Shown: positions 24,339 through 34,419, counted from the stretch's first letter. The stretch is 64,000 nucleotides of DNA from Bdellovibrionota bacterium (GCA_038043185.1 JBBTCO010000003.1:1484-65483); one strand, 5' to 3'. The notes: generated from the letters alone by a model not told the origin. Translations and numbers: made by a program.

Positions 24339-25454
24339 TCAACGATTATGCACTTCTCTCATTGTCGTAAAAGATCGGCTGGATTTTCCTTGATGTCTTT
24401 GTTTTAAACGCCCGATTGTCGCAATTCTTTCCTCGGCCAAGCGGTCTGCTGCGCGATGCGTTCCGATGCTATCTCTTTCAGCAATTGTGAAAACTTTCAT
24501 TACGTTATCGTAAACTTTTCGAGTTTTTTCAAAAGCTCGATCCCCGGAATAACCTTCCAGTTCAACAAATACATTCATCAATCCCCCAGAGTTGACCACA
24601 TAGTCTGGCGCATAGAGAATTCCTAACTCTTTAAGCTGATCGCCATGGCGGGCTTCGGCCAATTGGTTATTCGCACCCCCAGCAACGGCTTTGCATTTTA
24701 ACTTACCAATTGTTTGATCATTAATAATCGCTCCTAAGGCACAAGGAGCTAGAATCTCGCAATCCTGGAACAAAATGTCATCGGGAGACACCGCTTCGAT
24801 TTTGTATTGGTCGACATGAATTTTAACTCGATCTTGATCAATGTCCGCAACAACAACCTTTGCCCCTTCTAGGCTCAGATATTTTACCAGATGAGACCCG
24901 ACGTTTCCCAAACCTTGAACCGCGATTCTCATCCCTTTTAGATTATCGCTTCCTAGTTTCTTTTGCGCTGTCGCTTTGATCCCCATCAACACACCATGGG
25001 CGGTATAAGGAGACGGATCCCCAGACCCACCAAAATCTTTAGGAATTCCAGTAACCCATGGAGTTTCCATAAAGATATTTTCCATGTCTGCTTCGCAAGT
25101 GCCTACATCTTCAGCCGTGATGTATTTACCATTTAAGGAGTTAACAAATTGTCCGAAAGCACGAAAAAGACCTTCGGTTTTTTGAGTTTTAGAATTTCCG
25201 ATGATAACAGCTTTTCCTCCGCCAAGATTGAGCCCCGCAGCCGCTGCTTTATAAGTCATCCCTTTTGATAATCGCAAAACGTCGGTTAAAGCATCTTCTT
25301 CAGTTTTATAGTTCCACATCCGAGTTCCACCTAAAGCCGGTCCCAGAGCTGTGTTATGAATTGCGATGATCGCTTTTAGTCCCACATTGGGGTCATGACA
25401 AAATACAACTTCCTCGTGTTCCCCGTGCTTAGAAATCATCTCAAATGGCCCCAA
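24339..25454 (-). CDS. ldh: leucine dehydrogenase (Glu/Leu/Phe/Val dehydrogenase family)
   Basis: Motifs: EEVVFCHD, GPALGGTRMWNY, KGMTYKAAAAGLNLGGGKAVIIG and the Rossmann motif VQGLGNVGSHL. The length fits Leu/Val dehydrogenases. Confidence 0.85.
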   Translation of the reverse strand: MGPFEMISKHGEHEEVVFCHDPNVGLKAIIAIHNTALGPALGGTRMWNYKTEEDALTDVLRLSKGMTYKAAAAGLNLGGGKAVIIGNSKTQKTEGLFRAFGQFVNSLNGKYITAEDVGTCEADMENIFMETPWVTGIPKDFGGSGDPSPYTAHGVLMGIKATAQKKLGSDNLKGMRIAVQGLGNVGSHLVKYLSLEGAKVVVADIDQDRVKIHVDQYKIEAVSPDDILFQDCEILAPCALGAIINDQTIGKLKCKAVAGGANNQLAEARHGDQLKELGILYAPDYVVNSGGLMNVFVELEGYSGDRAFEKTRKVYDNVMKVFTIAERDSIGTHRAADRLAEERIATIGRLKQRHQGKSSRSFTTMREVHNR

Positions 25455-25810
25455 TTCCTACCTCCAAAAAAAGTTCAAATTATTGTGGGCGGAGTGTTAA
25501 ACATCTATTCAAAAAATACGAGCTCTTACGCAGAGCGGGGTAAATGACTAAGATTGAAGCAGTTAAAAATCCTATTTTGAGATTAATACGGTAGGGCTCT
25601 TTAGTAGCCCCCTAATACGGCCGATAGTCTAGTATCTGCCGCGGCTATCTGAATATCAGGGCAAGCGTTAAGAGGTTCGAAACTCTTGCAGATAAAAAAC
25701 GAGGAGGATCTGTGCTAAATGAAATCCGAAGGCCTCTGCTGTTGGAATTGGTAAATCGACCCGAAAGAGGTCCGCCAAAATGAGGTAAGGATTAAATAAA
25801 TTCGGAATAT

Positions 25811-25845
25811 AAAAAACGCTCGGATACCCCGGGCGTTTTCTTTTT
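25811..25845. terminator. bidirectional rho-independent terminator
   Basis: 8-bp stem ACGCTCGG/CCGGGCGT (one G-U pair) with a 5-nt loop. It is flanked by an A6 run upstream and TTTCTTTTT downstream, and sits 10 nt past the stop of the minus-strand gene 25856..26407. Confidence 0.7.
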
Positions 25846-25855
25846 AGAGCAGGTC

Positions 25856-26407
25856 CTAAATTGACGGCAGGAAAATCGACTTCACCAGTCTTCCAATTAA
25901 AATTCCCACCAAAAGAAGAACAGTAAAAAACAAAGTCTTAACCGTACGATTTTGACCGGACATGCGGTTTTGCAAATCCAAAACAAGCAATTGCAATTGA
26001 TCCAGCCCCTCTTCCCTTTTCTTTTCGGCTTCTCTTATTTGATTTTCAAAAAACTGGGCGTCCAGCTGCGAGGCCATTTTTATGGTGTTTGTTTTGCCCT
26101 CAACAGGCACGACCGCTAACCCCGGAAGTTTTTCCCGAATAATCATCAGCCATTGAAGTGCCCGATAAATATGAGGAGGAGCAGACTCGCCTTTTTTTAC
26201 CCATCGGGTCCAGGACGAAGGATCAACCATTAATAAGCGAGAGATTTGTCTTTGGGACAAACCCAAATCCTGTCTGATTTTTTCTAGATCTCCAAATTGA
26301 TTTTTAATCAAAGCCACCTGTCCATCATAAGAAACTCTTAGACCTGTTTTAGCTTTGTATTTTTGCACAGGATGGTAGGTTACGACCGAAGAAGATTCAT
26401 TTTCCAT
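25856..26407 (-). CDS. membrane-anchored helix-turn-helix (XRE/YiaG-like) protein
   Basis: IRQDLGLSQRQISRLLMVDPSSWTRWVKKGESAPPHIYRALQWLM resembles an XRE-type HTH. This is followed by a coiled-coil region and a C-terminal TM segment (LFFTVLLLVGILIGRLV). Confidence 0.55.
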   Translation of the reverse strand: MENESSSVVTYHPVQKYKAKTGLRVSYDGQVALIKNQFGDLEKIRQDLGLSQRQISRLLMVDPSSWTRWVKKGESAPPHIYRALQWLMIIREKLPGLAVVPVEGKTNTIKMASQLDAQFFENQIREAEKKREEGLDQLQLLVLDLQNRMSGQNRTVKTLFFTVLLLVGILIGRLVKSIFLPSI

Positions 26408-26489
26408 GTCTTAAAATTACACCAGGACCCTTGCTTTACGCAACACCTGCTGTTGTGTCCTGCAATTAAGTCCAGGCTCTTAGCCGGTC

Positions 26490-26978
26490 TTAGCCTGGAT
26501 GAAATGATGACTGGTAAGATTGGATTAAAAAGCCGGTATCAAAAAGCTCTTTTCGAAGCACAGCTAAGGTCTCGGTAACATCCGCGGGATCAGCACATTT
26601 TTTGAGTGAATCTTGCGCCAAGTATTCTAGACTTTGAAATCGATTATCGACATTTTTTAAGAAGTCCGCATTTAACGAGTTCGAGTTATCTTTAAAGTCT
26701 TTTTTCGCATTTCGAATTTTAACAACAAATGATGAGAGGCTATCTTTAATATCCGCGCATGAGTTTTTAACCAGGTCCGGGGATCTTTCAATAAGTCGCT
26801 CAAGATGTCGATTCTCTAGAGCACGAATCGCCGGGTCTTCTTTTGATAATGAAAGATTTATGGTCTTTAGCAAAACTTCAGGCGCACTGAGTTTTCTTGC
26901 CAATTCATTGGAAACAGCGGCTTCAACTTGTCCTAGACCAAAGAATGATACAATTAAAACAGCAAGATAATGTCTCAT
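26490..26978 (-). CDS. secreted protein, unknown function
   Basis: Signal peptide MRHYLAVLIVSFFGLGQVEA. 162 aa, helical, with 2 Cys. Confidence 0.5.
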   Translation of the reverse strand: MRHYLAVLIVSFFGLGQVEAAVSNELARKLSAPEVLLKTINLSLSKEDPAIRALENRHLERLIERSPDLVKNSCADIKDSLSSFVVKIRNAKKDFKDNSNSLNADFLKNVDNRFQSLEYLAQDSLKKCADPADVTETLAVLRKELFDTGFLIQSYQSSFHPG

Positions 26979-26992
26979 ATCTGTCTTCTCTC

Positions 26993-27331
26993 TTAAAATT
27001 CACGATCAGCGTTTTCAAGCTCAGTCGCAACGCGATCCATTTGTTTTTTTGCGGAAGGTCGATACTGATGAACTTCTTTTTTAAATCGTAATTTTTGTGA
27101 GGGCACACTGTATTGTGAAAAATCCTCCATCACAGTGACTTTGCTTGGACTAGCTTCACGAACGTTTTGTCGAGCCAGATCCATATTTCCTTTTACTTCC
27201 TGATGAAGAGTGTCTTGGGCTTTGATGTTTTCGTTAATCAAATTATTAAAGTCTGCAACCTTAGCAAAAGAGCTTAGGGTGAATAATTGGCTAGACACTA
27301 AAACTGTAAATAACACTAAAAAATTTGTTTT
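26993..27331 (-). CDS. small secreted protein, unknown function
   Basis: The internal ATG at 27331 gives MKTNFLVLFTVLVSSQLFTLSSFA (signal peptide). The listed 27361 start adds 10 residues. Confidence 0.5.
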   Translation of the reverse strand, partial: KTNFLVLFTVLVSSQLFTLSSFAKVADFNNLINENIKAQDTLHQEVKGNMDLARQNVREASPSKVTVMEDFSQYSVPSQKLRFKKEVHQYRPSAKKQMDRVATELENADREF

Positions 27332-27597
27332 CATAACATCTCCTGCTTTCATAAAGAGCAATCAACTGACCAAGAGAAGGATCGATTCAATGCATTTGAG
27401 CCTAAAAAATTGACTACATTTTATACAGGTGCCGTCCTAGGGAACCGCGTTCTCAGAATGAGACATCTTGTTGAAACCACTGAAGTATTCACTTAAGGCA
27501 GGATCTTGGTTTCTACTTAATTTAAGACGTTTGAAGGTTCTTCCTGGAAAACAAGCGAAGCTTGCCCGTTCGCTTAAGAAAGAGTAGATTTTTTCAC

Positions 27598-28215
27598 ATG
27601 AACCACATTTTATTCGCTAGTTTAGTCTATCAAAGTCGTCTGAATTCCCGTCCTGCCAAAATTGTTTCCGAGCTTTTAATTGAAGCCGAACAAATTAAAA
27701 ATGCCGATAAAAAGGGCCTGAGCTGGTCAAAAAAAAACTACCCTGGTGGATACACTTCTTATGGCTCCATGGATCAGCTTCATCAACTTTCCTCGACTTT
27801 CGAAAAATTGCGCAAAGAAATCGATGGTCATGTTGTTCAATTTGTCAGCCAACTTGAAATGGATATTTCTTCCAAAGCTCTGCAAATGAATAGTTGTTGG
27901 CTGAACATTATGCCTAAAGGCACAAGTCATAGCCTCCACCTGCACCCTCTCAGCGTAATTAGTGGAAGTTTTTATGTAGAGGTTCCCGAAAATTCCAGTG
28001 GGATTAAGTTCGAGGATCCTCGATTGATGAATTTTATGGCCTCGCCGCCCCGGAAAAAAACAGCTCGATTGCAGAATCAAAATTTTTTCGAAATCAAACC
28101 TTCGGCTGGCGACCTAATTTTATTTGAAAGTTGGATGAAACATGAAGTTCCAAGAAACAAATCCAACAAAAATAGAATCTCAATTAGTTTTAATTATGAC
28201 TGGGTAAAAAAGTGA
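27598..28215 (+). CDS. putative 2OG-Fe(II) oxygenase-like protein (TIGR02466-type)
   Basis: ATG at 27598. Motifs HSLHLHPLSVISGSFYVEVP, IKFEDPR and GDLILFESWMKHEVPRN...RISISFNY match my recollection of the TIGR02466 family. Confidence 0.6.
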   Translation: MNHILFASLVYQSRLNSRPAKIVSELLIEAEQIKNADKKGLSWSKKNYPGGYTSYGSMDQLHQLSSTFEKLRKEIDGHVVQFVSQLEMDISSKALQMNSCWLNIMPKGTSHSLHLHPLSVISGSFYVEVPENSSGIKFEDPRLMNFMASPPRKKTARLQNQNFFEIKPSAGDLILFESWMKHEVPRNKSNKNRISISFNYDWVKK

Positions 28216-28970
28216 TTTCTTTGCAAAATGTTTCAAAGAAATTTGATTCCCTTTCTGTTCTTCGTCATGTGAATTTAGAAATTCAACCTGGTGAATTTTT
28301 AACAATCCTTGGCCCTTCCGGATGTGGAAAATCCACATTGTTACGATTGCTGGCAGGGCTGGAAAAACCAACCGAAGGCGAATTGGTAAGACCAAAAAAT
28401 AATTTAAATTTTTCTTTTGTTTTTCAGGACTCAGAGCTTCTTCCTTGGCGAAACATCGAAGAAAATATTTTATTACCTTTGGAATTAACTCTTAAAAAAG
28501 AATCTTCTGGACAGCTCGAGGACATTCTTTCTTTAGTCAAACTTTCCTCATTCAAAAAATACTATCCTCACCAGCTTTCGGGAGGAATGAAAATGAGGGT
28601 TTCTATCGCCCGCGCTTTGATGACAAACCCTAGCTTATTGTTAATGGACGAACCTTTTTCTTCGCTGGACGAGAACACCCGATTTGAAATGCAAGATCAG
28701 CTGTTACATTTACAAAAAACTAAAAAGATAAGCATCGTCTTTGTCACTCACTCCATCAGCGAAGCTGTGTACTTAAGTGATAAGGTTCAAGTTTTTTCTT
28801 CTCGAGAAGGCTGTTCGATTTTTGAGCAAAAAATCTTATTTGATGGAAAAAGAAATGATGAAATACGGTTGAGCGGAACGTACAACAATTATGTTACGAT
28901 GTTATCGCAAAAAATGAAACAAGCCGTAATTCCATTCCAGACTGGAGACGCAAATGCGTTGCCCTCTTAG
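28212..28970 (+). CDS. ABC transporter ATP-binding protein (NitT/TauT family)
   Basis: Walker A GPSGCGKST, signature LSGGMKMRVSIARAL, Walker B LLLMDEPFSSLD. GTG start overlaps the previous stop. Confidence 0.9.
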   Translation: MISLQNVSKKFDSLSVLRHVNLEIQPGEFLTILGPSGCGKSTLLRLLAGLEKPTEGELVRPKNNLNFSFVFQDSELLPWRNIEENILLPLELTLKKESSGQLEDILSLVKLSSFKKYYPHQLSGGMKMRVSIARALMTNPSLLLMDEPFSSLDENTRFEMQDQLLHLQKTKKISIVFVTHSISEAVYLSDKVQVFSSREGCSIFEQKILFDGKRNDEIRLSGTYNNYVTMLSQKMKQAVIPFQTGDANALPS

Positions 28971-29733
28971 CTCTCATCTCAAAAAGGCATTACCACCATT
29001 CGTGAGCTTCCTTTTGTTTTTTTCTTTGTTAGAATTAGCTAACCGCCTGAACTTAATTTCTAGCCAATTACTGCCACCACCGAGCCAGCTTTGGGTCACT
29101 TTTGTCAGTATGTTTTCAGATTTTAAGGAAGCCTTTTTACAGACTAGCACCAGCGTATCTGTCGGCTTGATTTTGAGTGCCTTATTGGGAATTTCTGCAG
29201 CAGTGGCATTTTCGCTTTCCCCGATTTTACGTCGTGCAATTTTGCCTTTTGCAATTTTTTTTCAAACGGTTCCAATTATTGCTATTGCACCCTTGATGGT
29301 TATTTATTTTGGTTTTGGCCAACCAACGGTGGTCGCTTCTTCTTTGATTGTGTCGATATTTCCGGTCATTGCAAATACCTTGATCGGCTTGGAAAATGTT
29401 TCGCGAGGCAAGTTAGATCTTTTCCAAATTTACCACGCCAATCGCTGGCAGACTCTGTGGAAGTTGCGCTGGCCCTCTGCCTACAACTCGATTTATGCCG
29501 GCCTTAAGGTGGCCTGCGGGTTGGCTGTTATCGGTGCAATTGCCGGAGAATTCGTCGCCGGTGGAGGTTTAGGTGCAATGATTGATTCGGCTCGAACTCA
29601 GCAAAGAATTGATATTGTTTTTGTCTGTCTATTCTTACTTTCTTCTCTTGGTCTTTTTTTGGTTGGCGCTCTTCGCTTGTTAAATTATTTTATGCAGACG
29701 CATTTTCACTATGGTTTAACATTAAAGGATTAA
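28954..29733 (+). CDS. ABC transporter permease (NitT/TauT family)
   Basis: Six predicted hydrophobic helices. The EAA-like loop region IDSARTQQRID is absent from the canonical position, but the overall BPD_transp_1-like pattern and operon context fit. Confidence 0.8.
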   Translation: MRCPLSSHLKKALPPFVSFLLFFSLLELANRLNLISSQLLPPPSQLWVTFVSMFSDFKEAFLQTSTSVSVGLILSALLGISAAVAFSLSPILRRAILPFAIFFQTVPIIAIAPLMVIYFGFGQPTVVASSLIVSIFPVIANTLIGLENVSRGKLDLFQIYHANRWQTLWKLRWPSAYNSIYAGLKVACGLAVIGAIAGEFVAGGGLGAMIDSARTQQRIDIVFVCLFLLSSLGLFLVGALRLLNYFMQTHFHYGLTLKD

Positions 29734-29735
29734 TC

Positions 29736-30719
29736 ATGTTAAAAAAGATTTTTTCAAAACAAAAACTCATCTGTTTTTTACTCGTTTTGATTCTATTGAA
29801 TTTATTGAAAATAAATAGTTTTGCCCAATCTTCCCCTAAAAAAACGACGACGTTGACGCTGGGATTGAACTGGAAACCTGAACCCCAATTTGGTGGTTTC
29901 TATGAAGCGCAAATCGCGGGTGAATTTACACAGCGTCAGTTGGAAGTTAAAATTCTCGAAGGGGGCTCGGGCACACCAACAGTGCAAATGTTGGCCAACA
30001 ATAAAATTGATTATGGGATTGTCAGCGCTGAAGAACTCATTATAGCGAATGAAAAAAATCCCACTAACAAACTGATTGCATTGTATGCCGTCTACAAAAC
30101 TAATCCCCAAATGATCCTGACTCATGATGAACGCGGCTTTAAAAATCTTAAGGATATTTTTCAAAACGATGGGACCTTGGCCGTCCAACAAGGCTTGTCC
30201 TATTTTCAGTTTTTAAAAAAACTCTACCAGCCACTGAAAGTTCGCCTTGTTCCCTATCTTGGAGGCATTGGAAATTTTCAAAATGATAAGAATTTTTCTC
30301 AGCAAGGATTTGTGAATTCAGAAAACTTATTGGCAGAAAAAGCTGGCCTCAAGATTAAGATTTTTTTAGTCGCGGAATCTGGATTTAATCCTTACACAAC
30401 AGTTCTAGCCACCCAAGCGGAGCGACTGAAAAAATCGGCGCCACAGGTTCAGCAAATGCGGGAAGCCGTCCGTGCAGGATGGACTCGATATCTTGAATCC
30501 CCGAGCGCCTCGAACAAATTTATGCTGAGTTTAAATAAAGCCATGGATATTTCCGTTATGGAAAAAGCAGCAACCGCGCAAAAAGATTTAATCGAAGTTA
30601 AAGGCGAAAAACTTGGCGAAATGAAGCTGTTGCGCTGGAAGAAGCTTCAGGAGCAACTGAAAGAGCTTGGACTCATAAAACAACTCGACGACCCCCAAGA
30701 GTACTTTTTAAAGCAGTAG
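29736..30719 (+). CDS. ABC transporter substrate-binding protein (NMT1/THI5-like)
   Basis: Signal peptide, then LTLGLNWKPEPQFGGFYEA, typical of NMT1/SsuA-like binding proteins. It follows the ATPase and permease genes. Confidence 0.75.
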   Translation: MLKKIFSKQKLICFLLVLILLNLLKINSFAQSSPKKTTTLTLGLNWKPEPQFGGFYEAQIAGEFTQRQLEVKILEGGSGTPTVQMLANNKIDYGIVSAEELIIANEKNPTNKLIALYAVYKTNPQMILTHDERGFKNLKDIFQNDGTLAVQQGLSYFQFLKKLYQPLKVRLVPYLGGIGNFQNDKNFSQQGFVNSENLLAEKAGLKIKIFLVAESGFNPYTTVLATQAERLKKSAPQVQQMREAVRAGWTRYLESPSASNKFMLSLNKAMDISVMEKAATAQKDLIEVKGEKLGEMKLLRWKKLQEQLKELGLIKQLDDPQEYFLKQ

Positions 30720-30755
30720 TTTTTTCATTACATCAGTGGCAAATAACGAGGGCTG

Positions 30756-30784
30756 TTGACTCTGTGAATCATTAAGATTATCAC
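30756..30784 (+). promoter_or_regulatory. candidate sigma70-type promoter for the yceD-rpmF-fab operon
   Basis: TTGACT (30756-30761), 17-nt spacer, TATCAC (30779-30784). This lies about 20 nt upstream of the yceD ATG region. Confidence 0.35.
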
Positions 30785-30804
30785 TCCATTTTTCGGAGAA
30801 TTCT

Positions 30805-31362
30805 ATGAAAATTAATCTATCCGACATTCCAGAAGATGGCCGTGAATATCACTGGACTCGGGAATCTAAAGAACTAGATCAAGTTTTAATCGACGTGATT
30901 GATAAAAACCCTTACGAAGCCAAATTCTTGGTTCATCCCATGAATCATCGTGATTTCGAGATCTCGGGCAGTCTAAAAACTTTAACCAAAGAACAGTGCT
31001 CGCGATGCGGAATCGATTTCAAATTCAACATCATGGAAAAATTTCACTCAATTATCATCCCCGAACAGCCCCAGGATCGCGTTGGAAAGTATGCCCGTGT
31101 CAATCATATCTCGGAGTCGATCGAATCGGGACCTACGGTTGCAGAGTATCCAAGCAATTTCATGTTCGATATTGGTGAATATCTTCACGAGGTCGTAGCG
31201 CTAGCCGTTCCCTTTAACCCCTCGCCGGAAGAGGACTCTATGGGGAATTGCCGGGAATGTAAGATTCCTGTCCATGAAAAAACCTTCAACTATAATGAAG
31301 AACTTCCAAAGGAAGACAAACCTAACCCTTTTGCTGTCCTGAAGAATATTAAACTCCAATAA
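30805..31362 (+). CDS. yceD: YceD/DUF177 family protein
   Basis: Acidic protein with paired Cys motifs (CSRCG ... CRECK). Its position directly upstream of rpmF is conserved. Confidence 0.8.
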   Translation: MKINLSDIPEDGREYHWTRESKELDQVLIDVIDKNPYEAKFLVHPMNHRDFEISGSLKTLTKEQCSRCGIDFKFNIMEKFHSIIIPEQPQDRVGKYARVNHISESIESGPTVAEYPSNFMFDIGEYLHEVVALAVPFNPSPEEDSMGNCRECKIPVHEKTFNYNEELPKEDKPNPFAVLKNIKLQ

Positions 31363-31434
31363 GAGGTTGATTTTTTACCTATTTTGTAACACTTTGCAGG
31401 ACTCATTATTTAGATACTTATTAACGAGGTTAAC

Positions 31435-31623
31435 ATGCCAACTCCAAAGAAGAAGACATCCCGCTCACGTCGCAATATGCGAAGATCTCATGACGGTCTT
31501 GATATGCCTTCAACAGCGACTGATAAAAAAACGGGCGAACTCGTTCGTCCTCACCGCGCTCACAAAGGTACCGATGGTGCCTACTACTACAAAGGCAAAC
31601 AAATTAGCGCTTCTAAAAGCTAA
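31435..31623 (+). CDS. rpmF: 50S ribosomal protein L32
   Basis: MPTPKKKTSRSRRNMRRSHDGL is the canonical L32 N-terminus. Confidence 0.95.
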   Translation: MPTPKKKTSRSRRNMRRSHDGLDMPSTATDKKTGELVRPHRAHKGTDGAYYYKGKQISASKS

Positions 31624-31631
31624 TTCGATTT

Positions 31632-32648
31632 ATGACAACTACGAGTAATTCAATGGCAGGGGCTTACCGATCTCGAGTGGCAGGAACAGGCTCTTATCTT
31701 CCTGCCGACGTCATCACCAATTTTGATATCGAGAAGTTAGTCGACACTAACAACCAATGGATTATCGAACGCACTGGAATTGAAAGACGACATAAAGCTG
31801 CCAAACACGAAGCTTGTTCTGATCTGTGTTACGAAGCCTCGATCAAAGCTCTTAAAGCAGCTGGAAAAACAGCACAAGATTTAGATCTTATTATTGTTTC
31901 TACTGTTAGCGGCGATCAAGTTATGCCATCCACGGCCTGTGTTTTACAGCATAGGCTAGGAGCAAAACAAGTTATGGCTTTCGATCTGCTCGCGGCCTGT
32001 TCTGGTTTTGTCTATGGCCTATCGGTCGCGGACCAATTCATCCGAACTGGGATGTATAAAAATATTTTAGTTGTTGGCGGCGAAGTCTTACATCGATTGG
32101 TGAATTACAAAGATCGTGAAACTTGTATTTTATTTGGCGATGCCGCCGGAGCCTGGGTCATTAGCCGTGCCGAAGAATCAGATCCAAACATTATCATGAG
32201 TACACATCTTCATGCTGACGGTGGCTTGGGTGATCTCTTTGTTCTTCCTGGTGGTGGTTCGCGAATGCCTTTTAACCAAGAGGTTTTAGATAGCGGAAGT
32301 CATTACGTTAAAATGAAGGGCCGCGAAATTTTTAAAAACGCGGTGAGAACTTTGACTCAATGTTGTCACGAAGCTTTAGAAGCCAACAATGTTAAATCCC
32401 ATGAAGTCGACTGGCTCGTTCCTCATCAAGCCAATGTTCGAATTCTTGAAAGTGTTGCTGATTATTTTGAATTTCCAAAAGAGAAAGTTATTTTAAGTTT
32501 AAAGGAAACCGGAAACACCTCTGCGGCCTCGATCCCTGTCGCTTTTGACTTAGCCCTTCAAGAGGGAAAGATTAAACGTGGACAATTAATTTTATTAGCT
32601 GCTTTTGGTGCTGGACTTACTTCAGGTAGCGTCCTTATGAGGTTTTGA
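31632..32648 (+). CDS. fabH: 3-oxoacyl-ACP synthase III
   Basis: GTGSYLP, active-site AACSGF, HQAN and GNTSAASIP motifs. The start may be 31632 or the ATG at 31653. Confidence 0.92.
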   Translation: MTTTSNSMAGAYRSRVAGTGSYLPADVITNFDIEKLVDTNNQWIIERTGIERRHKAAKHEACSDLCYEASIKALKAAGKTAQDLDLIIVSTVSGDQVMPSTACVLQHRLGAKQVMAFDLLAACSGFVYGLSVADQFIRTGMYKNILVVGGEVLHRLVNYKDRETCILFGDAAGAWVISRAEESDPNIIMSTHLHADGGLGDLFVLPGGGSRMPFNQEVLDSGSHYVKMKGREIFKNAVRTLTQCCHEALEANNVKSHEVDWLVPHQANVRILESVADYFEFPKEKVILSLKETGNTSAASIPVAFDLALQEGKIKRGQLILLAAFGAGLTSGSVLMRF

Positions 32649-32649
32649 G

Positions 32650-33624
32650 ATGACATCTTTATCACTTCTTTTCCCAGGACAAGGCAGTCAAGCTCCGGGC
32701 ATGGGCAAGTTTCTTTATTCCGAATTTAAAATTGCCAAAGAGACTTTCGAAGAAGGCAGCGAAGCTATTAAAGTCGATATGAAAAAATTATGTTTCGATG
32801 CTGCCGAGTCTGATCTGGCTTTGACTGAAAATACGCAGCCTGCACTTCTTTGTGTATCTACGGCCACTCAACGAGTTTTGCGCCAAGAAATTCCTGTTAA
32901 GACTTCAGCTTCTGCAGGTCATTCCATTGGTGAGTATGCGGCGCTTGTGGCCGCTCATTCGATTTCCTTTTCTCACGCTATGAAGGCTGTTCGTCAGCGC
33001 GGCCAAGCTATGCAATCGGCTGTTCCTAAGGGTAAAGGTGGCATGTGCGCCTGCCTAGGTCTTGATCCAGAGCAAGCCAAATGGTTGTGCGAGTGGACGG
33101 AAAAAGAATCTGGATTTAGCCCTGTCAGTCCCGCTAATTTCAACAGTCCTGGACAAATCGTTATCAGCGGCTCACAAAAAGCCTTGGATTGGTTAAAGCT
33201 TAACTTTAAGCCCGAGTTGATTCCGGGATCCCCGAAAAGGGCGAAAATAATTCCTCTAAATGTTTCTGCCCCATTCCACTGCGCCTTAATGGAGCCCGCT
33301 GAAAAGGAAATGCGCCAAGTTTTAATGGCCATGGACTTTAAGGATGCCGAGTTTCCGATATTTCAAAATGTAAATGCGAAACCTGAAAAAACGGCTTCTT
33401 TGCTGCGGGAAAATTTAATTCGCCAGATTTCCGCTTCCGTTTTATGGACTCAGAGCATGGAAGCAATGAAAGCACAAAATTTTTTCAATATGATCGAGTG
33501 CGGGCATGGGCAAGTTTTGAAAGGTTTACTTAAGAAAATTGACGAGAAATTCAAGGTTTACAGTCTTAATTCAATCGAAGACTTAAGGAATCTGGAAAAA
33601 GACTTGAAAGCACCGGCTCATTGA
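32650..33624 (+). CDS. fabD: malonyl CoA-ACP transacylase
   Basis: FPGQGSQ, GHSIGEYAALV and NSPGQIVISG motifs. Confidence 0.92.
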   Translation: MTSLSLLFPGQGSQAPGMGKFLYSEFKIAKETFEEGSEAIKVDMKKLCFDAAESDLALTENTQPALLCVSTATQRVLRQEIPVKTSASAGHSIGEYAALVAAHSISFSHAMKAVRQRGQAMQSAVPKGKGGMCACLGLDPEQAKWLCEWTEKESGFSPVSPANFNSPGQIVISGSQKALDWLKLNFKPELIPGSPKRAKIIPLNVSAPFHCALMEPAEKEMRQVLMAMDFKDAEFPIFQNVNAKPEKTASLLRENLIRQISASVLWTQSMEAMKAQNFFNMIECGHGQVLKGLLKKIDEKFKVYSLNSIEDLRNLEKDLKAPAH

Positions 33625-33672
33625 AAGATATTGATAGGGAAAACTGAAATTTAAACGGTAAGGAAATTGTAA

Positions 33673-34419
33673 TTGGGTTCATCTTTAAAAGGTAAAAAAC
33701 TTATAGTCACCGGAGGCAGTCGCGGTATTGGCGCGCAGATTGTTCAACTGCTTGCCGCTGAAGGCGCGCAAGTGGCATTTACCTACTCGTCTAAAGAAGA
33801 ATCCGCTACCCGAGTCGCACAAAGCCTCGTTGGCGAGGGCCATTTCTTTTTGCAAATGAACGTCAGTGACGAAGCTTCCATCGAAAAAACAATGACTGAA
33901 ATTGTCAGCCGATTGGGCGAGGTCGACGGCCTCGTGAATAATGCCGGTATCACTAAAGATCAGCTGCTCGTCCGTATGCGAACCGAAGATTTTGATCAAG
34001 TGATCAACACAAATTTACGTGGTACTTTTTTAGTTACTAAGCATATTGCAAAATACATGATGAAAGCCCGCAAAGGTTCTGTGGTCAACATCACTTCGGT
34101 GGTTGGCCAGACCGGCAATGCCGGGCAATCAAGCTATGCGGCAAGTAAAGCCGGAACCGAGGCTTTTTCCAAATCCGTTGCTATGGAACTCGCTTCGCGA
34201 GGAGTTCGCAGCAATTGCATAGCTCCAGGTTTTATCGGGACCGAGATGACTGAAGGCTTATCCGGTGATACAAAAGAAAAAATTCTGGCAGAAATCCCAA
34301 TGAGTCGATTTGGGGAAACTATCGACGTGGCCCACGCCGTACGCTTTTTGTTGAGTGATGAATCTGCCTACATCACTGGACATACTTTGAGTGTTAATGG
34401 CGGAATGTATATGAATTAA
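33673..34419 (+). CDS. fabG: 3-oxoacyl-ACP reductase
   Basis: SDR motifs TGGSRGIG, NNAGI and YAASKAG. Probable TTG start. Confidence 0.9.
   Translation: MGSSLKGKKLIVTGGSRGIGAQIVQLLAAEGAQVAFTYSSKEESATRVAQSLVGEGHFFLQMNVSDEASIEKTMTEIVSRLGEVDGLVNNAGITKDQLLVRMRTEDFDQVINTNLRGTFLVTKHIAKYMMKARKGSVVNITSVVGQTGNAGQSSYAASKAGTEAFSKSVAMELASRGVRSNCIAPGFIGTEMTEGLSGDTKEKILAEIPMSRFGETIDVAHAVRFLLSDESAYITGHTLSVNGGMYMN

Noticed and set aside
25632-25697. tRNA-like fold (TATCTGC...GCAGATA closing helix with a GTTCGAAA loop)
   Set aside because: It is only about 62 nt long. The T-loop would be 8 nt, the putative anticodon hairpin has a 3-nt loop, and there is no D arm. It is not a tRNA.
31367-31648. 93-aa plus-strand ORF overlapping rpmF
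   Set aside because: It is out of frame with the unmistakable L32 gene (31435..31623) and has no motifs.
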